Shown here piece by piece: positions 1 through 13,153 of a stretch of 64,000 nucleotides of DNA (within the stretch, counting starts at the first letter, position 1; the number at the start of each line of letters is the position of its first letter). Location of the stretch: NCBI RefSeq assembly GCF_006345805.1, contig NC_042999.1, forward strand, positions 60,016,001-60,080,000, in the 5' to 3' direction. Source of the DNA: Octopus sinensis. Lineage: Eukaryota. The notes beneath the pieces were generated by a model, which worked only from the letters and a program-made list of their open reading frames with translations, was not told the origin of the DNA and did no database searches. The position numbers and the translations under genes are program-made.

Positions 1-61
1 TCTATCTATCTATCTATCTATATATCTATCTATCTATCTGTCTCTTTCTCTCTCCCTGTCA

Positions 62-117
<56 letters not shown>

Positions 118-172
118 TTTTCTCTCTCTGTCTCTGTCTCTCTCCTTGTCTGTCTGTCTGTCCCTCTCCCGC

Positions 173-249
<77 letters not shown>

Positions 250-250
250 A
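1..250. repeat. Compound microsatellite (TCTA)n/(TCTG)n/(TC)n
   Basis: Directly visible; accounts for ORF 146..406. Confidence 0.95.
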
Positions 251-496
251 ATACGTACGAGTATGTATGCATTAGCATATCTCTTGCATCTTTTGTTGAA
301 CTCTCCTGAAATGTACCGGACAGAAGTGAAGGTTTGTTTACAATCCGTGAATACAGCTTCACTTTCCTCAGCTCCTATGCATTCGAAAAGATCACCAAAA
401 TTATAACAAAATCACATTTACAAATAAGAATTTCGAAAAGACAAAGTCTTTGCTAGTTACTTCAGGAACTGGTCGACCACTTCTTGAAGAAGTGAG

Positions 497-579
<83 letters not shown>

Positions 580-1001
580 TATATATATGTAGATATATGA
601 AAAGAAAACAACGTTTAAGAGCACAGTAAGAAATGCAAAATCCAAATGCAATTGGCTGTGCAAGTTCCAGTTCTGTAAACAGAGTTTGTCCCAACGAAAT
701 TTATGCAGATTTGTTCAATTCATGTGGATTAACGGACACATAAAATTTCTTTGTGCAGCAACCAAGTTCACACGAAGATAAAGAAAAGCTCTTAGAATTT
801 TCTAATAGTTTCTGCATAATAAAAACAGGCTTAATGCTAAGATGGTTGCTGTTTGTTTTCTTCTCAAAAATGGGTTGCTTAATCGCCGTAATTGCATCAT
901 TTAGTTTGATGAAAGCCTAAGACAACTGAATTAATTCTAAAATGGTGAAATGGTTAATTTAAATTTGATAAAACATAACACCCTCATTATGTAAGCATAC
1001 G

Positions 1002-1400
1002 AAGGCGGCGAGATGGCAGAAACGCTAGCACGCCGGGCAAAATGCTTAGCAGTATTTCGTCTGCCGTTACGTTCTGAGTTCAAATTCCGCAGAGGTTGAC
1101 TTTGCCTTTCATCTTTTCGGGGTCGATTAAATAAGTACCAGTTACGCACTGGGGTCGATCTAATCGACTTAATCCGTTTGTCTGTCCTTGTTTGTCCTCT
1201 CTGTGTTTATCCCCTTGTGGGTAGTAAAGAAATAGGTATTTCGTCTACCGCTACGTTCTGAGTTCAAATTCCGCCGAGGTCGACTTTGCCTTTCATCCTT
1301 TCGGGGTCGATAAATTAAGTACCAGTAACGTAGTGGGGTGGATCTAATCGACTGGCCCCCTCCCCCCAAATTTCGGGCCTTGTGCCTAGAGTAGAAAAGA
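1002..1400 (+). mobile_element. SINE-A dimer (tRNA-like head, 184-bp internal unit, alternative tail)
   Basis: A-box-like TGGCAGAAACG and B-box-like GAGTTCAAATTCC; body repeated twice; near-identical copies across the window. Confidence 0.85.
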
Positions 1401-1663
1401 TTGTGTAAGCATATGATAATAACAAATTTCGTCATCTTTTTCTAACGGGTTAAAAATTAAAGTACAGTACAACTAGTTGTCATTGCTAGTTGTCACTTGC
1501 TAGTGAGTATGGTTTGGTGATACGCTTTGAATAAGATAAGCAGAGGAGAGTAAGAGAAGGAATGGTATTATGGGAGCAGCACTTTTGGGTATGCTATATA
1601 AGCTTGTATGGGGTGGGGTGAAAACTCAGTGGCTGCCCCGAGAGATACACGCATATACTGCGA

Positions 1664-1898
1664 TTTTACTCTTTTACTTGTTTCAGTCATGTGATTGTGG
1701 GCACACTAGAGCACCGCCTTTAGTCGAGCAAATCAACCCCACGACTTCTTCTTTGTAAGCCTAGTACTTATTCCATTGGTCTCTCTTGCCGAGCCGCTAG
1801 GTTACGAGGACGTAAACACACCAGCATCTGTTGTCGAGCGATGTTGGGGGGACAAACACCGACACACAAACATATACACACACATACATATATATACA

Positions 1899-1934
<36 letters not shown>

Positions 1935-1980
1935 TATATATTATATATATATAATATATATATATACATATATATATAAT

Positions 1981-2022
<42 letters not shown>

Positions 2023-2073
2023 ATATATTATATATATATATATGACGGGCTTCTTTCAGTTTCCGTCTACCAA
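1664..2073 (-). mobile_element. SINE-B (CORE-like SINE with internal microsatellite), head truncated
   Basis: Shares body and tail (GGCGGTGCTCCAGCATGGCC...CAAGTAAAAGAG) with full copies at 53936 and 56297. Confidence 0.85.
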
Positions 2074-2160
2074 TCTAGACTAGGGTCTGAAAATTTTACC
2101 ATAGTGGGTTACACCATGGTTCCTCTGCTTTGTGGTAGAAAAAGTTGTGGTGAATGAGTA

Positions 2161-2670
2161 CAACGGGGCTCACCCCGACCCCGCTGGAGCCTTGTGGAGC
2201 TCAGGTGTTTTTGCTCAATAAACATTCACAATGCCTGGTCTGGGAATCGAAACCGCGGTCTTAGGACCGCGAGTCCGACTCCACTCGTTGCTGTCGTTGT
2301 TGCTGTTTGTTTGTTTGTTTGTTGAGCGTCTCAGGACTGTCTGCAGTCCGAAACGTGGTCCTTTGCTATTCGTAAAACCCGCAGAAGAGAAAGCAGGTCA
2401 ACCCCCGACACCGAGAGCATTGACGGATGGATGAATGTGCATCCTGGCTCAGCGGTTGCGCAGGAAGTCGGGGACAAGAAACAGGAAGAAAGAGTGAGAG
2501 AAAGTTGAAGCGAAAGAGTACAACAGGGGTGGCCACCACCCCCTGCTGGAGCCTCGTGGAGCTTTAGGTGTTTTCGCTCAATAAACACACACAATACCCG
2601 GTCTGGAAGTCGAAACCTCCATCCTCCGACCGCGAGTCCGCTGCCCTAACCATTGGGCTATTGCGCCTCC
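2161..2670 (-). mobile_element. Two SINE-C copies (tRNA-like head)
   Basis: Minus-strand head GGCGCAATAGCCCAATGGTTAGGGCAGCGGACTCGCGGTC...GGTTTCGACTTCC at about 2600-2670; a partial second copy at 2161-2282 shares the body. Confidence 0.75.
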
Positions 2671-3145
2671 TGTCGTTCCTGATGTTGTTGTTGTTGGCGT
2701 TTTTTATTCCTGATCATTACCGATGAAGCAGACTTGATAGAGGGCGTAATCAGCAAAGAACAACTGTTTTTCTTTCTCAGCCCTAATGTAGCCAGGAGTA
2801 CATTATCCAATGTGATATCCTTACACACAAAAAAAAAAACAAAAAAACTATGATAGTGCGTAATTTCAGAGAGATTTGTTTGCTGTTTCTAGCAGGTCAA
2901 ACGACCACGAATAGAAATGGTCCCTTGTTGGCTCGCCATATTTGTTGATACCAAAACAAAGTTAAAAATTCATACTATTATAGAGTTATAGGGTTATTTA
3001 GATGGTAATTATGTTGGAGATATTTCCATTAATAATGTTAACGGGAAATAGTTTCAATATTTTGGAGTAATTAGATGAAATGGATAGAAATTGTTTGAGA
3101 TGAAAGATTCAAAAGATAATCTATGGTTTTCAAATACTTTTATCT

Positions 3146-3230
<85 letters not shown>

Positions 3231-3249
3231 TATTATTATTATTATTAAA

Positions 3250-3460
3250 GCAGAGAGCTGGCAGAATCGTTTGTACGCCGGGCGAAACGCTTAGCAGCAT
3301 TTTGTCCGGCTTTATGGTCTTAGTTCAAATTCTGCCGGGGTCGAAGTTGCCTTTCCTCTTTTCGGGGTCGATAAAATAAGTACCAGTTGAACACTGGAGT
3401 CAATGTAATTGGCTTACTTAACCTCCGAAATTGCTGGCCTTGTGGCAAAATTTGAAATCA
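3250..3460 (+). mobile_element. SINE-A monomer (diverged)
   Basis: Same head, body and tail as 1002-1400. Confidence 0.8.
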
Positions 3461-3472
3461 TCATTATTATTA

Positions 3473-3542
<70 letters not shown>

Positions 3543-3543
3543 C

Positions 3544-4048
3544 ATTGAGTGAGAGAGCAGTTCATGCCATCAAAGTGACACTGGGGTAAAATATACGAAG
3601 TCCAATATACCCATCATGACTACCCGTCTGATAAGGGTACACCAGGCACATGCATCACAACCATATGTGCGCGACATGGTGATCTCATATCAAGATAAAC
3701 AGCACATGACCTTGCAGGTGGGGCCCAGTTAGAATTTTCTTCAGGTTGAGTAGCCCATTCCGCTCAAAAGGTCCCTGAATAAGGGTTGTTTAAGGATGTT
3801 GAAAGAACCACCCATGTTTCCAGAGGTGAATTGTTCAAACCCCAAAGAATCCCTCTCAACACATGGCTATGATGCTCCCCCACTACTTCTGCTCGTGATC
3901 AGAGATGCACATATCGTCAGCCACTAAGGGACATGCTCAGGTGGTTATGGTCAAACAACTGACGAGCAAATCTGTGGTATTGAGCAGAATATTTGCTGAA
4001 GCCCATCTTTTATACAAAGACAAAACAATGTACATGATAACACTTCCA
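3544..4048 (-). mobile_element. Family D: about 550-bp non-coding interspersed element in (TAA)n, copy 1
   Basis: Homologous to 29769-30313, 38434-38984 and 41398-41900; ends CTCTCTCACTCAAT followed by TAA repeats. Confidence 0.8.
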
Positions 4049-4098
<50 letters not shown>

Positions 4099-4100
<2 letters not shown>

Positions 4101-4626
4101 CTCTTCTTTCAATTTTGTTTGCATATCTTGCCGAGTGTCTTCCCGACCCAGGACAAAGTAACTCACTGTACATATTGGTAGGCCATTCAGATAAACACAC
4201 CAGATTGCTCATTTGCAAAGTCATGTGACAGAAAAAAAAGAGACGAAAGGAAGAAAGAACGAAAAAGGAAATAAAAAATTTAAAATATGGGAAAGAAATG
4301 AAATAAAAAAAAAGCAAAGAATATAAAAGGGAAAAAACGAAAGAAAATTCAGAGCGACAATGCTCTTCTCAGTACGTGTGACGTACCAGTTAAAATCTTT
4401 TGTACTTCCTGCATAGATGGTAAGATGGATGGTAAGTCAGGAATCATCCTCAAATAATTTTCAGTTCCATTTTTTATAATTCCAAGTGTTCCTACAATCT
4501 TCAGATGCCACATTTTTTAAAATTCCAATCTGCAAATCAGCAAATCTTCATATTTTCTGAGCTTATCAAATTCTTTCGCCGAGATATTATGATCACAAGG
4601 TATGCTCGTATCAATCAATAAACATG
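4099..4626 (-). mobile_element. R4/Dong RLE-LINE 3' fragment
   Basis: Minus strand reads CLLIDTSIPCDHNISAKEFDKLRKY...TGTSHVLRRALS; 3'UTR homologous to 10301-10480; ends in (TAA)n. Confidence 0.85.
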
Positions 4627-4662
4627 TATGTATGTATGTATGTATGTATGTATGTATGTCAG

Positions 4663-5198
4663 GTCACTTTCGAGTGCTACTGGTAACATTTTACACAGTA
4701 CAACCTGTTGCATGGTTGGGTCGTCGGCGACTAAACTGGCAACCTCAGCTTGCTTGGTGAGGAGGGCGTATATTGGACACCCTGCGGGATGAAAAACAAA
4801 ACCCGTCAAAGGGTGGAGGAACTCTTGAGAGTCAACGGCCATCCAATAAATGTCTTAAGGATGTATCATGCGCGGAGACAGAAATAATCGGACAGAATAC
4901 CCGATCGAGCGATTAAACCATTGGGAGTGAAGGACTCCTAGCCTTTGTTAGGGTATCTTTCTAGGAGAAGGTAACTCAAGTAACTGGGATAACTCCGACA
5001 TAAAACCTGCGGCTCAGTGGTTACCGATGATGACTTGTTCTACTTTTCGGATTATGGCTGCTGTTGCTTAGTGAGTGGGATTGACTCAATGCATAGCCTT
5101 TCCTCACTTTAAAAAAATCTTGCACAGGCATTGCACGATAACAACATTGATTAAGATTCGTGCAATGGCCATACTCGATAACGAGGGGTCGGCTACCA
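4663..5198 (+). mobile_element. About 540-bp non-coding element embedded in (TATG)n, copy 1 (RTE-5'UTR-like motif)
   Basis: Co-terminal homologue at 9072-9620; both flanked on both sides by (TATG)n; contains CTAGGAGAAGGTAACTC, resembling RTE-clade 5'UTRs. Strand is inferred. Confidence 0.7.
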
Positions 5199-5266
5199 TG
5201 TATGTATGTATGTATGTATGTATGTATGTATGTATGTATGTATGTATGTATGTATGTATGTATGTA

Positions 5267-5299
<33 letters not shown>

Positions 5300-5904
5300 T
5301 GTTTGTATGTATGTATAAAAGAAATTGGCATTGATTTAGAAATCTCCTTGAAGTGGTTTATAAAACAGTTAAATAAACGGTTTTCGATAAGTCTGATAAG
5401 TGAAACTTCGAAGTCACAATCAACACACTTTTCTCTTCTTTTGTACACACACACACACACACACACAAGCAATGGGATTCCGAAACCATGGTTGTAGACA
5501 AAACTCAAGACGGTACACATTGGCATCGAACGCGGATCCACGTAAATGCGAAGTGAAATTCTTTAACAAACATTTATGCAGAGCCTCCAAGTAAAAGAAG
5601 AAAAAAAAGCTAAGACAACTTCTTTCTTTTGTATAACAGAAATACGACAGTTATACAGTAAAGAACGAGAGGCATTCGTCGAATTTATATTTGGTGTTCG
5701 TTCAGTCACCGTGACACCAATATTTCTATTTAGCTGTTTCCTGTTTTGTCTAAAGTACCCGAGCATATCTACCTTTAGGCTATGATACCATATGACTTTA
5801 CAAATATAACATCTTCGTCATCTCTTGACATAAAGTTGGAAATGAGCCAACGGGAAAACTTCTTGCGTGGACTGGGATGCTTTGCAGGAATATTATTTTT
5901 AACA

Positions 5905-6397
5905 TACTGTAAATCCTCGAGTATAATCCGCATTTTTTCCCCATAAATTTAAAGGTCAATATTTTTCTAAGCAATGTCCGAGTCTCTATTTACTGTCTGG
6001 CAATGTTTATTCAGACACATTTTGTGATGTCGGGCGCGAAAATACCTTAAGCTAAGCCTGAAAGCAATGAAGTCATAAAAGAATCATCCGTAACTTGCAG
6101 TAAGCAACATTTATTAAGATAAAAGTATTCAGAACACAGAATAAGATGTAACAAAAACAAATTGCAAACGTATTTACATTTCCATATAATAGTTAAGAAC
6201 ATCACTATTATTGTATTACGCATGCGCGGAAGTGTTTGTTCGACTAGGTGCTACTGGCTTAATTACGCACGACGACGACTCAAGTTAAAGAAGGGGTGCG
6301 TATTATACACAATGTTTAGGTTTTTCAGAGGTACAGCCACCTAAAAATCCCCTGCGTATTATACTCAAGGTCGGACTATACTCGAGGATTTACGATA
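5905..6397. mobile_element. Tc1/mariner-type (pogo/Tigger-like) MITE
   Basis: TIRs CTGTAAATCCTCGAGTATAATCCG (5907-5930) and CGGACTATACTCGAGGATTTACGA (6372-6395); TA at 5905-5906 and 6396-6397. Confidence 0.85.
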
Positions 6398-7706
6398 AGT
6401 AAAAAAGAATGGTGTTAGTCAATTTGATCGATCCTTTTACTTTGCTGGTACTTTATATTATCGTTCCTAGAGGGTTGACAAGCACGATTGAATTTCACAG
6501 GATTTAAACTCAAAATGTAATGAGCTGGAATAAAAAAGACACAAAATTTTGTTAATCCACAGTCCTTAAAAATTGCTTCTAACAAAGGGCCAGATATTTT
6601 ATGGGGGGAGGGGATTAGTGGATTAAATTTAGCTCGGTACATGATTGGTAGTTTGTTTTATCGACTGCAAAAGAATGAAATCAAAATGACCTCGGCGGAA
6701 TCTGACCTTGGAATAGAAAGAGCCGGAATGAACACGGATAAGAATTTTGTCTGGCGTACCGATGATTCTACCAAGTAACTTCTCGGCATTTGACATGCTA
6801 AAAATAACAGATAAAGCTCTCTCAAAATCACATTTGGCCATCTATATATAAAAAAAAGAGGAAGGGCATATTGAACAATGCTGTTTAAATTACAACCGTT
6901 CGAAAAGACAGGATGGTCACGACTAAAACACTTTTAAGTAAGAGCCTGCTCAGGGCTGACTTGAAGCTAAACACCACAAAAAAAAGAAAAAAAGGAAAGA
7001 AACAATGGTAATAAGTGCAAATAATGTGGATAATGTGAAACCCTGTAAGCAGTTGATCGACCAAATAGAAATAGCAACCAAAACCTTTTTCAATTTGTAA
7101 CATCTCACGGTCTTAGTAAAGTGCTGGTACATTAGATAATATAGCAAAAGATAGCCATCCAAACAAAGTGATGGATAGTCATGTTTGGAACGTCGGTAAT
7201 CATGAGTCTACTCAGTCGATAGACAGCACAAACGCTGCAAGGAGCTGCCGGAAGAGTGTCGAGTCGAACACTAAACCGCCTACGGGGCTCCACTCCGGAT
7301 TTCTTTGAAGGTTGTATCCATTCTGTAACCTGGATAGGGGCTCATACCGGGTACTGTCAGCCGGAGCCAGCTGAGCCCGGGACTCGTGTCAGGCAGGGTC
7401 GTGTAAGGCAAGACCCTCATAATATATTCAGCATTAATCCACAGTCATGAGGAATATATTCAAATATCTTTAATCTCTGTGAGGTCAATAAAAAGATACT
7501 AACCTAGGGCGGTACTTTGGTGGCAGTTCTCTTTTGCAAGTCGAGTGACCCCGCATGGATTAACAATATAGCTTCATCCTGGTATCGAAACTGGATCAAA
7601 GGGGTAACGGGAAATTCACTCGCAAGACATGTACATGCTCGTTCCTCGTCAGTTATCGTCAATAAAAGCTCTTTCACTCCAATTTTCTCGATTGCGCGCG
7701 CACACG

Positions 7707-7747
<41 letters not shown>

Positions 7748-8290
7748 ACACACACACACACACACAGGGCACCACAATTTTGCAATGCTTGCCAATAAAA
7801 ATAAATAAATAAATGAATAAATCACATGAAAAACAAAGTAAATTAAAATAAAAAGAGAAAAAAAAAAAAACCAGACAAAATCATAAATGCAATTTTAGTT
7901 TTCCTTCTGTTTTTTAATAAAAGAAAATAAGGAATTTATTTTTTAGTTTCACCCACCTCTCCCGCCTCTCTCTTTGATTCTCTACGTTTCTCTCTCTCTC
8001 TCACACACACACACAAATTTCTTGGTTTCCTTCTATATTTATTGAAATATTTCGAAGTCAAATGAAATAGATATCTACAAAAATACTGCAAGTTTTACTT
8101 ACTTTTTTCGAAGCAAAAATTTCTTTCGCCACCACTGAGGTGTTATCCTTTGATTAATCTCTCGAGATAACTGTTAATTCCATCTTGCTTTTTTCTCTCC
8201 TTATTATGCTGTTTGATTTTTTGGAAACTATACAGACACACACACATAAATTCATACATACATACATACATACATACATACATACATACA

Positions 8291-8324
<34 letters not shown>

Positions 8325-9071
8325 CATACATATCTATTGGCATGCACATAAATATTAGTGTGTATATTAATATAAAAATATATACATTCTCCCCCCTCTC
8401 TCTCCCCCCTCTCCCTATATATGTGTGTGCGTGTATGTATGCATAAACACATGCACACGGATGTACATATATTTATACATACGTAATTATATATATATAT
8501 ATATATATATATAAGTGTGTGGTGTGTGTGTGTGTGTACAGATAGATAAGCAAGCGCATGCACACATATTGCTAGGTCTGAGCATTTACTGATATATATA
8601 TATATATATACATCCGTAAACATGTTGCCAGTGTGTGTGTGTGTTTCCCAGTATATACAATTAGCGAAAGAAAGCGAGAAAAGCCGACAGGTAAATAGAC
8701 ACTTGCATGACCAACACAGACTCAACTGAACAATGCGCTCATTGAATTAGTTACTGAGCATTACCCAGTGAAATTAGCATTAGCGAGCCAGTGTGACAAT
8801 ATATTTGCTATGGCCGGTCCTTTGGACAGCATGTTCAATCCACAGTCTGTCCTCCCATTTTTTCTTGACCCAAAGTTATGATAGAGAACATTTTTCCCAA
8901 GACGGTAGAATGTAGATTCGATCCCTAGAGACGTGATAGCAAAGCGAAAACCTTATCCACTCGGCCATAACAGTACCCATTTAATACACGAACGCTCATG
9001 CATAAGCGTGTGCTTTTGTGCGTGTATGTATGTATGTATGTATGTATGTATGTATGTATGTATGTATGTAT

Positions 9072-9620
9072 GTCACTTTCAAGTGCTACTGGTAACATGT
9101 AACCCAGTACAACCTGTTGCATGGTCGGGTTGTCGGCGACTAAACCGGCAACCCCACCAAGCTTGCTTGATGAGGAGGGTGTTTATTGGACACCCTGCGG
9201 GATGAAAAACAAAACTCGTCAAAGGGCGGAGGAACTCTTGAGAGTCAACGGCCATCCAAGAAATGTCTTAAGGATGTATTATGCGCGGGGACATAGAAAT
9301 AATCGGATTGAATACCCGATCGCGCGGTTAAACCATTGGGAGTGAAGGACTCCTAGCCTTTGTTAGGGTATCTTTCTAGGAGAAGGTAACTCAAGTAACT
9401 GGGATAACTCCGACATAAAACCTGCGGCTCAGTGGTTACCGATGATGTTGACTTGTTCTTTTTTTCGGATTATGGCTGCTGTTGCTTAGTGAGTGGGATT
9501 GACTCAGTGCACAGCCTTTCCTCACTTAAAAAAAAATCTTCTTGCACAGGCATTGCATGATAACAACATTGATTAAGCTTCGTGCAATGGGCATACTCGA
9601 TAACGAGGGGTCGGCCACCA
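9072..9620 (+). mobile_element. About 540-bp element in (TATG)n, copy 2
   Basis: Colinear with 4663-5198 over its full length, with many substitutions; same ends. Confidence 0.7.
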
Positions 9621-9713
9621 TGTATGTATGTATGTATGTATGTATGTATGTATGTATGTTATGTGCGTATGTATGTATGTGTGTGTATGTATGTATGTAT
9701 GTATGTATGTATG

Positions 9714-9744
<31 letters not shown>

Positions 9745-9993
9745 CAAGAGCTTGGGGTCCTTCATTCCCAGTGGATTTTCTTTTCTTTAAGAAAAAATAT
9801 ATATGTATGCATGAAATTATAAAAGAATTTTATGGTCGATAACTGACGAGGAACGCGCATGTACATGTCTTTCGTGTGAATTTTCCGTTTCCTCTTTTTG
9901 CCGTGCGATTGTCAACCTTTGTTGGTGTGTTCACGTCCCTATAACTCAACTATTCGGCAAAGAGTCCGATGGAGTAAGTATCAGGTTTTAAAA

Positions 9994-10093
9994 NNNNNNN
10001 NNNNNNNNNNNNNNNNNNNNNNNNNNNNNNNNNNNNNNNNNNNNNNNNNNNNNNNNNNNNNNNNNNNNNNNNNNNNNNNNNNNNNNNNNNNNN
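9994..10093. other. Assembly gap (100 N)
   Basis: Exactly 100 Ns; adjacency across the gap is not guaranteed. Confidence 0.99.
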
Positions 10094-10250
10094 TCCACTC
10101 AGAAGGCTTTAGTCGACCCGAAACTATAATAGAAGACACCTACCCAAGGTGCCACGCAGTGGGACTGAACCCGTAACCATCTGGTTGTTAAGCAAACTAC
10201 TTACCACACAGCCACTCCTACGCCTATTATGATTATTATATAATATAGAT

Positions 10251-10281
<31 letters not shown>

Positions 10282-10300
10282 TATTATTATTATTATTATT

Positions 10301-13051
10301 ACTTTTTGTTTCTTCTTTCAAATTTTCTTCCATTTCTTGCCGAGTGTCTTCCCGACTCCTAGGGCAAAGAAACTCATAGTGTATATTGGTAGGCCATTAA
10401 ACCAAACTCAGTATTTCGTTCATATTTTTTTTTTTTAAAGTTAAATTAAAATACAGGAGCAGCAACAGTTCTCACATCGACAATGCTCTTCTCAATACGT
10501 GTGATGTACCAGTTAAGACAATCTTTTGCACTTCTTGCAGGGATGGTAAGCCAGGGATCATTCTCATATAATTTTCGGTTTCCTTCTTCATCATTCCTAG
10601 TGCTCCTACGATCACTGGTATTGTAACCGCCTTGAGATGCCATTTTTCTCAATTTCAATGAGTAGGTCTTATATTTTCTGAGCTTGTCAAACTCTTTCGC
10701 TGAGATATTATGATCAGAGGGGATGCTCATGTCGATCAAATAACTCTATTGTTTTGGTCTTTCACAACAATATCTGGTTTATTGGCCTTGATGGTTCGGT
10801 CTGTATGTACTGGAAGTCCCACAGAATGGTTACATTTTCTCCTTCAGTTACAGCCTCAGGGTGGTGATTATACCACTTGTCGGCAGTTTTGATATTGTAA
10901 TGCCGACTTATTAGCCAGTGGAGATATTGGCCAACTCTGTCATGTCTTAATTATACTCCACTGGTGCTAAGACCTTACATCCAGAGATTAGGTGGTCCAC
11001 TGTTTCAATCATGTCGTTGCAGAATCGGCATTATGGGTCTGCTCCATTTTTCATCACATTGGCCTGGTAGTTCCGGGTTAATAGGCTTTTGGTTTGAGCA
11101 GCCAGGATGAAACCTTCGCTCTCTGCTTTTAGCCCTGAGCTCCGCAGCCACTGATGGGTTTGCTTCTGGTCAACATCAGCTTGTTTGCTGCGGGTCAAAT
11201 ATTGCCGTGCAGAGGGTTTCTCCTCCCACCTATCAGCCAATTGCTCGTGCGCTTTTTCATTGCCATCATTTTCACCTTCTTTGCAACAATAGTTGCCGTA
11301 CTTCTCTGGGTTGTTCAGTTTGGGTATCCTGCACGAGATCAATAGCAAATTTTTGCTTTCCTTTATAATAGAATGAAGCTTCTTTCGTCTCTCGTGATTT
11401 TCCACGAGCTTTAGCATCCAGTCATTCGATATTTCGAGATATTGGCCAGTCCAATTGTGGTTGTTTTGTAAGCTAGTTCAAATTGGATCAGGCCTCGACC
11501 TCCTTGGGCTCTGGGAAGGTAAAGGCGATCTACGTCTGCCTTTGGGTGGTGCATCCTATTACAACTCAGCAGCTTGCGTATTTTCTATCTATATTCTTTA
11601 CTTCACTCATATTCCAGTTCAACACATTGTAGCTATAAGTAACAACTGGAACTGCTAAGGAATTTATAGCTAACACCTTGTTACGTGCATTAGTTCAGAT
11701 TTCAGGACTGCACGAACTCTCCTATAACATTCCTTCCTGATCTTCTCTTTCATGCTTGCATGCTGAATACCAGAGCCTTCATTTATCCCTAAATTTGTAT
11801 GTTTGTTCTTGCTCAAGCTCTCTTATGACTGTGTCAACATCTAACACAACTGAATTTGTGGTCTTCACTTTCCCTTTCTGGAAAGTGGCCTTGGCACACT
11901 TCTCAAGTCCAAACTCCATCCCGATGTCATCGCTGAATGCTTTCACGGTGCGCAATAGGCCTTCAAGTTCATTATTGTCTTTACCATAAAGTTTTAAGTC
12001 ATCCATATAAAATAGATGGCTTTATTTTTATTGGCAAGTTTATACCCATACCCTGTTCTGTTTAATTCACTTGTAAGGGGTATTAGGGCTATGCAGAATA
12101 TTAAAGGTGAAAGTGAGTCACCTTGAAAAATTCCACAGTTGATGCTTATATTTTCTGAGGCAAGTACTCCATTAGAGTGGTATAATTGGAGATTCGTATT
12201 CCACAACGACATATTGTGCTTCAGGAAGTTTGAAATCACAGGGGAAATTTTGAAGATGTCCAGCGATCTCAAGATCCATGGATGCGGTATACTGTCGAAG
12301 GCCTTTTATAGTCAATCCATGCGGTGCTGAGATTTCTGCGCTTGTTGTGACTTTCTCAAGGATCATACGATTGATTAGCAGTTGATCTTTGCATCCGTAA
12401 GAGCCTCGGCGGCACCCTTTTTGTTCAATGGGGAAAATATCGTTTTCTCCATGAATGCATATGTTTTCTCCGCCAGGATAGATGTTAGGATTTTATACGT
12501 GGTGGATAGACAGGTTATAGGCCGATAGTTTTTTGGAAGGTTGGTTTCGTTATTCTTTGGGAGTAGGTAAGTAATGCCACTTGCTAACCATTCAGGTGTT
12601 TTCTTTGGGTCAGCTGAACTAGCTTACCGTGTGCGCACGGGAGTGATGCGAGCCAGAAATTCGGCACCCTATCTTTACCGGGGGATTTCCAATTATGGGC
12701 CTTCGTGAGTGCCTTTCTTAGGTCTGCTATTGTGATGTCTTCCCATGCTTGTTGTTGTTTTTTTTGGTAGGATCCTTCAGTTTGTATAATCCAGTCTGCA
12801 TTTATGTTGTACGTCTTCTTGTTACTCCAAATCCTTTTCCAAAGTTTGAACTTCTTCCATGGGAGGGGGTTCTTTAACGGTTACTTTCTCCTTCCCTATT
12901 TCTCTGTAGAATTTTTTGGCATTGGATGTGAACAGCTTATTTTGCTTGTAAAACTTGTTTCTCTTCTCAAATCTTCGTATTCTTTGGGCTTTTGCTTGGA
13001 CTTTTTGTTTCAGCGTTTCTTTTATTGATATCAGTTCTTCTCTTGGTGAGG
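10301..13051 (-). mobile_element. 5'-truncated, decayed R4/Dong-clade non-LTR retrotransposon (RT + CCHC + restriction-like endonuclease)
   Basis: Minus-strand frames give WKSPGKDRVPNFWL, NYRPITCL, IFQGDSLSPLIFCIAL, (Y)MDDLKLY, LRSSGLKAESEGFILAAQ, CRFCNDMIETVDHLISGC and IDMSIPSDHNISAKEFDKLRKY. Several frameshifts and stops; (TAA)n on both sides. Confidence 0.92.
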
Positions 13052-13092
13052 TATTATTATTATTATTATTGTTATTATTATTATTATTATTA

Positions 13093-13152
<60 letters not shown>

Positions 13153-13153
<1 letters not shown>

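Noticed and set aside
250-940. Possible hAT (Charlie/SPIN-like) transposase relic on the minus strand (LHLDFAFLT; EFNKR)
   Set aside because: Only short, scattered motif resemblances across frames; needs an HMM search.
2600-2670. tRNA genes (here and at other SINE heads)
   Set aside because: A/B-box-like motifs run into SINE bodies; I could not fold a full cloverleaf with an acceptor stem.
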